DNA of 64,000 nucleotides from Squalus acanthias (Eukaryota): NCBI GenBank assembly GCA_030390025.1, contig CM059430.1, positions 74,524,001 to 74,588,000 of the forward strand, read 5' to 3'. Shown piece by piece: positions 1 to 10,500 of this stretch (position 1 is its first letter; each line of letters starts with the position of its first letter). The notes under the pieces were generated by a model. It saw only the letters and a program-made list of their open reading frames with translations, ran no database searches and was not told where the DNA came from. The position numbers and the translations under genes were made by a program.

Positions 1-149
1 CAAGAAATGAAATGTTAGCTTAGCTGAATGAAAATAAAAAACAGATATGTTGAGGTCGGGCAAAGGTGCAGGCGAATGTTACGGTATTCGAATATTTTTG
101 AGCACAGATGGCATGAGTAAGCCAGGAAGATAGTGAATTCCGAAGGGAA

Positions 150-620
150 GACATGCTGTGCTTAAAACTGCTATCCTCAGTTGTGGATCGGAGGAGGAGA
201 TAACAAGGAGAAACCTGATATCAGAGTAACGGTTTTTTGTGGGATGTATGGTTGGAGGAGTTCACTAAAGTAGAGTGGGACGTGACCAGGGAAGGATTTC
301 TGGATGAGGATGTTGATGTTGGGACCCAGGGAAACTCTGGAACTCGAAAATGATGGAATTCGGGAATAAGAACATTTTGTGGGCGAGAGTACGGATTCCA
401 ATGTTCTGACCGATGTGATTTTGATGGAGAGTGGAACCTGAGTTACGAGTGGTGATGTTTTGCGATATCGAACTGCGATATTTGATAGGCATGCGACAGC
501 CTCGAGTTAGGGTGTGGGAGAGGTAACAGTAGAGAGGAGATCTCCTGCGGGAGTACATGAAGAGGGTGCTGAATGGAGGACGAAGCTGTTGAGGGGATCC
601 ACTTAAGTCGTCTTGATATC
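150..620 (-). mobile_element. Old L2-type LINE 3' fragment
   Basis: Minus-strand translation '...INILIQKSFPGHVPLYFSELLQPYIPQKT...' resembles the L2 ORF2 C-terminus (FKSLHGLAPxYLSELLQPY); boundaries approximate. Confidence 0.5.
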
Positions 621-1434
621 ACAATAGATGTGAGGGATGAGGCTTAGCTTACTTCGCAGTTAAACTACAAACTCAGACATTCCAGATGATGATTCATACT
701 CGGACAGAATCTGGAGCAGTTACTGGATTCAAGCACCAGAAGAAGAAATAATATTTTGCTGACATTAATGCAGAAACTTCTGTCTCACGAGGGACTGAAT
801 ATTAGAAATGGGAAGATCAGGCTTTGGCGCAATATGCTCTTTGGCGAAGTAAGCTGGGTGTCGAGTGTGTATCTGATCCCGATCCTCTCCTGCTGGATCA
901 TTATGCAATGAGATCGCAAATCAAAAATGTTCAGGTGGGGAATTATGGATGGAACACTGCGCTAATCTCTAAATGATTGTATGGGCAGAGGGCGAAAAGG
1001 CATTGGAATCGATCGACTAATAATATTTGCATAAAAAACTGCAAGTTCTGAACACAAGCAAAGAAAAATAATCAACAGTTAAGTCACGAACCAGTCAGCA
1101 ACTGTGGAGAGAAGAGTTAGATTAACAATTGGGACTTGGTTCCTCTTGTGAATGCAAGAATGAAACATAAGCATTTTCATTAAACGCGGAAAAAAGTGAG
1201 TGGGTGGGCGGGGAGAAATAAACAAAGGGAGGAACTAGTGTTGGCAAGATAGTGTTGCAAGATATTGGCGAGGAAATAGAATGAAATATTAAGAAATTAA
1301 AGTAAATAAACAAACAAATAACTCGTGATCATTTGATGCAGTAGATGCCTTCCCAAGTCGAAAAACGCGAAAGCAGGAGAAAGGGAAATACAAATAAGGA
1401 GATTCTGCACTTGTTTAACGGTCTTCCCTGCTGC

Positions 1435-1539
1435 TTATATTGGGCTTGTATCTTTGTGGTTAGGATTCGACGTTGTCTTGGAACCAGTCAAATTTAGAGC
1501 AGCGTAAGTCAGTTTGCTTTCACCGGCGCTCTGTTTGGT
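1435..1539 (-). CDS. Gene 1 terminal ITIM exon B (TKQSAGESKLTYAALNLTGSKTTSNPNHKDTSPI*)
   Basis: ttttttctacag| acceptor; ITIM LTYAAL; TAA at 1437-1435. Confidence 0.82.
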   Translation of the reverse strand, partial: TKQSAGESKLTYAALNLTGSKTTSNPNHKDTSPI

Positions 1540-4500
1540 CTGTAGAAAAAAATATTGAAAATATTTTTTTTTAATTTTTCCTCAATAAAGCTAAATCAAA
1601 ATTACGTTATATTAATGTTCAGTATCATCGCAAAACCAAACTCATTCTGAGTGACATGATTATTGTTTCCCCGTATGAACTGAGCTTTACCTCTGCATAA
1701 ACTGTTCTTCCTTCGTGTTGTTTACATTTTTCACCTTCCTTGGAACCGATCAGGTCCAGAGCAGCGTATGTCAGCTTGTCCTCAGCTGGATCTCGTTCGT
1801 TCTATAAAGTCAACATTTAGCAATCATTAAGTTACTTTTTCTGAAGTTTCACGAGCCAAGACATCATTACATATAACAAACAATTGAGGCAGCATAGTCG
1901 CATTGTCATTGTTATTCGTTCCACGGAATCTTAATAGTTTACTATCTCTTTCTGCGATCTACAGCTAGCCAGGGAACAATAATGAAAACCTTTTGGATTT
2001 GAAGGTCCTAAACTGCTCTTAAATTCATTTTTCAATATTTTGAAAACTATCGGAGAACCTCTCCAACTACTCGGTTTCCGGAAAAATAAGTTTTACTTTC
2101 AATGCAAAATAATCGATTTGCGTTATTTAGATATATGACGTTCTGCTTCATTACATTGTATTCTAAATTCAGAATGCGATATGTTTAGCTCAAAAGTCAG
2201 GCATGAATTGGTAAGAATTATCTTTATAATTATTAATTACACTAGTGGATCTCAGGTTGACTTGTTCGGAATTAAAATATAAAGACATAGAAGGACGCAA
2301 GTAAATCCATAGCTTCTTCCTTAGCTTAGGGTGTACAATGTATCAACTGGATAAATAACTCTAGTCCCTCCCATTTGAGAGCTAATACGTTAAATAAATA
2401 AATGAATTAGAGTAAATAAACAAATAAATGCGTTCGTACATAGATAACCAGTTAAATAAATATGCCTCCGATAAAAGGGACTCATATTTTTTTCGATTGG
2501 CAGCTCTACAAGCTAATAGTTGAGACAGTGAATTTTGATGGGGCAGAAAAAGAAGTAAATGCATTTACAGAGAGGCGTCGTGGTACTCTAGATGTTGCAA
2601 AGCGTTTCATAGCAAATTACTTATTTCTAAAATGTAGTTACAATTTTTAGTTGGGTAAGGTACCATCCAATTGATTAAGAACATCGTCGCGTAAATAAGA
2701 ATGGATTAAATAATCTTATGATCTGTGATGTTGCTGCTGCCTGATTGTCCAATGATTGCAGGAAAATCGCAATAAATCCCCTGCTGTTTTTAAAATCGTG
2801 CCCTGGGATCTTCTATGTAACACTGATAAACCAAAGGGAGACTTTGTTTCTCGTCGTATCTGAATCAGCGCACCTGGGACAATGCAACACATCCTGAGCT
2901 CTGCACCAGGATATCAACCTACATTTTATGATCCGCTCAAGCACTGAGGCTTCAAGACATAACCGACTGACTTAACTCAAGAGTGCGACAGTGGAGTAAA
3001 GAGGTTAGAGCTTGAAATGTGTGCAAGATTCGTGTAAACACCGTTTACTCCATTTCTTCCTGATTTCTGTCGAAGTTACAGGAAGGGCTTTAATTTGCTG
3101 TGCACTTGCGCAAAAAGACACGCGTAATCAGGCCACAATCCAATTACGCAGGTTAAAAGATTGAGCAAGTTTTGGCTTTATTGAGTTATACGTGTCATTA
3201 CAATATGCCCCAATCTCTTCGATTTTTTATGGCTGTTTAATTATCCCTCCACCGGATTGTATCACCGCCCATAATAATGGCCCCACTTCAAGCTACCGAG
3301 AATTATACACGAATTTCCTGAAATTGCGCTTGTTCAGAGGCTCTCTTAATGGCCCAAAAATTAGTGAGGGAGCCTTCGTGCGGGGGTAAGGTTTCCCCGC
3401 GATATCTCACTGCGCGCCGGCTTTTTATTTCCCAGCTCGCACGAACTTGATTTTCAAGACAGCAGCTGGGCAGTGCTTGCGTATCCCACAGGCGCAGTTA
3501 ATTCCTGCGAGCTGTGGGATCACGTGGTTCAGTTAGAGCCAATGGCAGCACACCACCTTTCATTCATTGTTTTCACATCAAGTGCTGTGAAAGCTATGAA
3601 TCTATACACCCCAAAAGAACAGCTAAACCTCAATTAAATTTAAATAAAACCCCATCACATTAATAAAATAAGTATAGTTAAATAAATTAACCACTTTAAA
3701 CTAAAAATTTAATTTTTGAAAAAATTAAAAATCTTTTAAAAAGTTATAAAAATAAACTTACCTTTCTTTAAAGTCTCTAAAAAAGATATACCTGTAGAAA
3801 AAAATTCAAAATAATACTTAATTAACTACTTACCTTGTTAAAAGAGGATCTTATTTATGTGCAAAATCGTCCATGCTTACCTGAGCGTTCAAAGCACTAA
3901 GTGCACTGCGTGCGCGCAGCCTGTAGCGCAGCACGCGGTTCACCTAGGAACCGCCCCCTTTTGAAATCACCAAGTGCCGTTTTCAGCGCATGCGCAGTGC
4001 ATGCAGAAAACCGGCAATTGGAGACAGAATACGCGAGAGTACATACAGTGCGTACTCTCGCGTAGAGGCACTAATTTTTGGGCCAATATTTCGACCGGAT
4101 TCTAAGGCGCAACAGGAAACAAAATCATTTTTCCCGGCGCTTTAGTCCAAATTTTGAGTTTTTAAAAAATTGCCACACTGAGTCATGCAATGTATTTTCC
4201 AGTTCTGTTCTTATTACGGTATAAGAATAAATCAGTTTCAAAATTGAAAAGCTTCCCGATTGCAGGTTCCTTTGCTCGCTGCGTTTTGTGCACGGATGAT
4301 GGTTGAATCAGACGGAACTTTATTTGGAGAAGCAATCCAACCCTGACATTGTCATTAAACCTGCTGACAAGGGTGGCGCTGTTGTTGTTTGGCGAACCGA
4401 CCTCTACCTAGCGGAAGCTGAACGCCAACTCTCTGACACCTCCTCCTACCTCCACCTGGACCATGACCCCACTACTGAACATCAAGCCACCGTGTCCAAG

Positions 4501-7500
4501 ACCGTCACTGACCACATCTCCTCTGGACATCTTCCCCCCACGGCCGCCAACCTCATAGTTCCCCAACCGCGCACAGCCCGCTTCTACCTCCTCCCAAGAT
4601 CCACAAACAGGACTGCCCCGGTAGACCCATCGTTTCAGCCTGTTCTTGCCCCACGGAACTTATCTCTTCCTATCTCGACTCTATTTTTTCTCCCCTTGTC
4701 CAGTCTCTTCCCACCTACATCCGCGACTCTTCCGATGCCCTCCGCCATTTTAACAGTTTCCGGTTTCCCGGCCCCAACCATCTCCTCTTCACTATGGACG
4801 TACAATCCCTCTACACCTCCATTCCCCACCAGGATGGCCTGAGGGCGCTCCGCTTCTTCCTTGAACAGAGGCCCAACCAGTCCCCATCCACCACCACCCT
4901 CCTCCGCCTCGCTGAACTTGTTCTCACATTGAACAACTTCTCCTTTGACTCTACCCATTTCCTCCAAATTAAAGGTGTTGCTATGGGTACCCGCATGGGT
5001 CCTAGCTATGCCTGCCTTTTCGTGGGATATGTGGAACACTCTTTGTTCCAGTCCTACTCGGGTCCCCTCCCTCACCTCTTTTTCCGGTACATTGATGACT
5101 GTATCGGTGCCGTCTCCTGCTCTCGCCCTGAACTAGAACATTTCATTCACTATGCTTCCAATTTCCACCCTTCCCTCACCTTCAGATGGTCCATCTCCGA
5201 CTCTTCCGTTCCCTTCCTCGACTTCTCCATCTCCATCTCTGGGGATAGGTTATTGACTAACATTCACTACAAGCCCACTGACTCCCACAGCTACCTGGAC
5301 TACACTTCCTCCCACCCCGCCTCCTGTAAGGACTCTATTCCATTCTCCCAGTTTCTCCGTCTCCGCCGCATCTGCTCTGATGATGCCACCTTCCATACCA
5401 GTGCTTCCGACATGTCTTCCTTTTTCCTCAACCGAGGATTCCCCTCTACTGTGGTCGACACGGCCCTCGACCGTGTCCGTTCTATCTCCCGCACTTCTGC
5501 CCTCACCCCTGCCCCTCCCTCCCGGAACCACGAAAGGGTTCCCCTTGTCCTCACCTTTCACCCCACCAGCCTCCACATTCAACGGATCATCCTCCGCCAT
5601 TTCCGCCACCTCCAGCGTGATCCCACCACCAAACACATCTTCCCTCACCTCCCCTTTCAGCATTCCGCAGGGACCGCTCCCTCCGCGACACCCTAGTCCA
5701 CTCCTCTACCACCCCCAGCACCCCTTCCCCTTCGCCGGCACCTTCCCGTGCACGCGCAGGAGATGCAACACATGCCCTTACACCTCCCCTCTTCCCACTG
5801 TCCAGGGCCCCAAACACCCCTTCCAGGTGAAACAGCGATTTACTTGTACTTCCTGCAATTTAGTATACTGTATTCGCTGCTCATGATGTGGTCTCCTCTT
5901 CATTGGGGAGAGCAAACGCAGATTGGGGGACCGCTTTGCGGAACACATCCGTTCAGTCCGTAAGGGGGACCCCGAGCTCCCGGTGGCCTGTCACTTTAAT
6001 TCACCGCTTCACTCCCACTCTGACCTCACCGTCCTCGGCCTATTACACTGTTCCACGGAAGCGCAGCGTAAGCTCGAGGAACAGCACCTCATCTTTCGTT
6101 TAGGCACGCTACAGCCCTCTGGACTCAATATCGAGTTCAACAATTTTAGATCATAACCTCAGCTCCAATCACATTTATATTTTATTTTTTCCATCCTTTT
6201 ATTTGCCCCCCCCCCCACCTTTTTTTTCCTCCTAGAAGCTGGCAGCTGTCCTTCATTCTGCCAGTGGATTTCACACTTCTTTCAGCCTTAATCTGTCACA
6301 TTAACACCACCTCTAGCCTTGCATATCTCTTAATGTCTCTTAATGTCTCTTCATCTCCCCCTTTGTTCTTTTATCCCCTCCCCCTTTTCCCAGCTTTACT
6401 CTGGCCTTAAATCTATTTGATTTCCGGCTCTTCACAGTTCTGACGAAAGGTCATCGACCTGAAACGTTAACTCTCTTTCTCTCTCCACGGATGCTGCCTG
6501 GCCTGCTGAGTTTTTCCAGCGTTTTCTGTTGTTGTTTCAGATTTCCAGCATCCGCAGTATTTTGCTATCGTATAGCGTGAGTTCGGTGCTTTCCTTGTGC
6601 CTCGATACTTTACGCTGATTTAAGCCCATTTTACGATCTTGCATATTCTAATGACATTGGCAGTAAAGTCGAACAGTAACAGCCTCGGCAGAATGTAAAC
6701 CGGAATGGGTCCATTACCAGGTCTAATTTCCGCATTGAGCACGTGGAAGTATGTTTCAGGCCGTCGGCCGATAACGTTGACAAATGTTTTATAATAGGTT
6801 CATATTATTCAATGCACACAATGGGCCTTATTGTTATGGGCCCCTGGTGACACTCTGCTATATTAAAATGAAAAGTTGGATGTGGTAGGGGACGCGCTGT
6901 CCGCTTAGAGGAGAGACCCGTGTCGCAAAACTGAGGAAATATCTAGTGCTGACCCGATATTTGTACGAAAGGAAGGAAGGAATGTCACATTATTCCTAAA
7001 ATGGTGAAACACATATAATTCCAGAGATGTATTTTCCAGTTGTTTCACCCTATTCAGCGGCCTGGATTCATAACCCTGAGTTCAAATAAAAGTTTGATAA
7101 TTTAATTCAGTTTTAAAAGTTTGGAATTATATCATCATTATCATTAACTGCGATCAGAAAACAGTTGAATTGTTGTGAACATTCAATTGGTTCAATAATG
7201 TCCTTTAGTGAAGGAAAGCTGCTGTCACGACCCGGTCTGTCCTGTATGTGACGCAAGACTCAGAACAAAATGATTCAATGTTAACTGTCCGCTGAAGTGG
7301 GCTAGCAAGCCACTAATTTGTAGCAAACCGCTATCAGCTGTTCAAGAAGAAGGCCCACCAGCACATTCTCAGGACACCAGAGGTGAGCAATTAATATTGG
7401 CCTTGTCTACGACACACACATCCCGAAAATGAATAATAAAATAAATGTGTGCTATAGCACCAAATCTACTTTTTCCAGCTTCCACTCGACCACAACTTGT

Positions 7501-10500
7501 TGGGTTAATATCGAGAAGCGTATGTCAATAAAACTAGTTCGAGGCAGCCAGATTGTGGAAGAGAACCAGAGGAAGGCTGCACAGCATAAACCGTTTGGGT
7601 ACGATGACTTGGGAGATGTCAGGTTAGATCATCCGGCAAACAGAATAGGATGGGTAAATTTTGAACAGCGTAGAAAGGCAGGGTAACAATAATGGACTTT
7701 ATTGGCAGGTAGAAATCCACTGCCGCGATCGCAGTTATCCCCGGTATTGTTTACTGTAAAATTATCAATTTTGCAACTTTAATTCAACGTGCTGTCACCT
7801 GGTTAGCCCGAAGCAACTAAAAACCTTGTGTGACCTCCTCAATACAACAATTCGTCGTTGAAAATATTATGATTGTTTTATTAATAAAGTTTAAAGTGAA
7901 CAATATATCCGACAATTTAAAATCGGTGCGAGAGTTTGTAAACGTTTCAGTCCTTATTCTATATTACAATGCTTACAGAATAAATTGTGTTTTCTACAGA
8001 AAAGGGAAAAACCAAGACTAAATTAAAAATAGTTAAACCAAATTCATTAGAGTGCAAAGTCTGAATGATTTAGTTGACGTTTGGAACAAAGTAGCGGGAA
8101 TAATAAATGACCTTACCCGATCTTCATGCTGATCAGTGTTTACTGAATTTCTCTTGCCGCCTGGTGGAAAATAAAATTAAAATGAATCGCAAGAACGACG
8201 TGCTATTTCGGTTCATCATCAGGCCAATGAAATCAAATATAATTCGGAAAGTTGCAGTTTAAACTAGGGCCATATTTTCACGTTATATCTCAAGAATTTT
8301 AATGTTACGTTCACGTTGATGAAGTTGTGCAAACATCATTGCACCCATTAAATTCAATGATAGAGATCTAGAACTCCACGAATAGGGTTTAGCAATCTGC
8401 AGCTACGAAGCTTCTAAGGTTCAAGCATGATCTAATATTTGATTTGACGCAAGATGTATGTTTGTAAATATTTTCTCATCAACCCGTCAATCAGATTGTG
8501 CCATTCAGCAGCTCCGCACGCAACGTTGTTATCAGTAATCAGTACTTTTAGCCTATACCTACGTGTGAAGTATTTGTTTCAGTATCAATAATACCATTCA
8601 CTTCGAATTTAGATAACGTGTTAATAATGTGCTGTCAGAAAGTCAATGATCAAGAAGGTGGTGAGGTCATACCTTTGGATGTAATGAATGGAAGTCCCTT
8701 CACAGTCATAATCGTCAATAGTATAATTATCACCGCACCCCCGGTACATCCTACGATCAGATCAACACTGATCGGAGAGACAAACTCTATCAGATTGATA
8801 TAAAATCAAAATTAGAAACTGTGGAATGTAAAACGGATATACACAGGTTTAAATGTTTTAAATATATTTCCAAATATACTCCTATGACAATAAAACAACG
8901 TGCATAAAGACTCACCAGATCGATTTCTTTATCTCCGTATTCAGGAGATTTGTATGAAACCGGAAACAAATAGTTTGAAACACCCAGTAGTTTGGATAAA
9001 GAGCAGCAATGCGAAATAAGAGGAAGAAAACCACACCGAATGGTCGTGTTATACTTGACGAGATAAAGCGCATTGTATAAGCATTGATTACATGTCGCAA
9101 AATGGAGATTAGTTTTGGGTGTTTTCTCTGATCAGCATATAGCACAAACTCTGAAAGACGTTATATTACAAATTCGTTCGAGATTCTCTTTGCAGCCAAT
9201 CTTCACCAAGGCTTTTTCCAACTTTGCACAAAGGCGACCAAATTAATTATTATTCCATATTTTGTATAGTGTCGAGGGAGCCGCACTGTGCATCTGATGA
9301 TGCTGGGATGAAATTGGACTCCTTGGTGGCTGCAGAATGTGACGGTCTTCAATTACCCAACTCCATCCCTCCACCCCTCACAAACTTTTCTGGTTTATGG
9401 CATCAAAGCTCACCGTGCTCCCCCTTCGTGAGCTTGCAATGTTATGCCAGTTATTCTGAATTATCTAAGCAATGCTGAGAACTGGTTTCCACTATTAGCT
9501 AAATTGCTACCCTCCAACTTAATTCTCATCTGATTGAAATAACCAACATGCGATGGAATCTCGATTAAAGTACCACGTGAGTTATACTATTACCTTCGTT
9601 AGCAACGGTGTAGTTGGCATTAGCTGGAATTGAGTTAGAAACGTGATGTACTTGACAGGTGTAAATTGTGCCGCGCACGATTGGCTGTGTGTCCTCTAAG
9701 GAGCTGATAACTTCATACAGACCCTCTGTCTTTGCGTGTTGTTCATTTCTAAATCCAGTCAGGATTGTGGTACCATTTTTATGCCAGGTGAGGTTAAAGT
9801 CGTTCGGGTAAAAAGCAGCCGTTCTGCACTGGAGTCTCAGAGAACCTGATGAAGCCCCTTCGGATGGTACGGATTCAATTATCAGGGGAGCGGGGGAAGC
9901 TAAATGGTAAAGAACGTAATTCAGATAAAGCAAAACGTCTGACCTGTATTCTATCTACTCTTTGATTTCATAAAATAACAAACAGCTCTTTCGGGACATC
10001 GTAGTTGTATTGATAATCATTAAATATCCTGGAGCACAATCTAAGCATTCCTTCACTGTAGCTAGATTTTCCTCCCCCACGGAATTGACATATCAACGTT
10101 ATATTAATAAAATTGATTCACAACATTGGCTCTTTTTTTGTTAATACTAATGTTGTTAATATAAATATTCTCCGATCGGAGTCATCCTGCGTGCGGAGCT
10201 CTCCGATCTGGAAACAATTTATGCCCTTACAAGAGGGCTCCAGAGTTCCGGCCGTTTCCGCTCCTGTGACACGGCTCAACGAAATGCTCAGGGTACAGGT
10301 ATCCCAGGGGCGCATGCGGTTCACAAGCGGCCCTGCGATCATGTAGGCCATGGGGAAGCAATGACAGAAGGGAATCTCCCATCATACTTTTGACAGCTTA
10401 GACCTGTCCATAGTATGAATGGAGATCACTCAAAAAATACGTCAAAACATTAAATACAATTTTCAAAATCATGTTTTTAAAATTATTTAAAATTACATTA

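Noticed and set aside
8912-8960. Extra stalk exon between C1 and TM (donor-like CTG|gtgagt)
   Set aside because: No convincing AG acceptor, and the phase is incompatible
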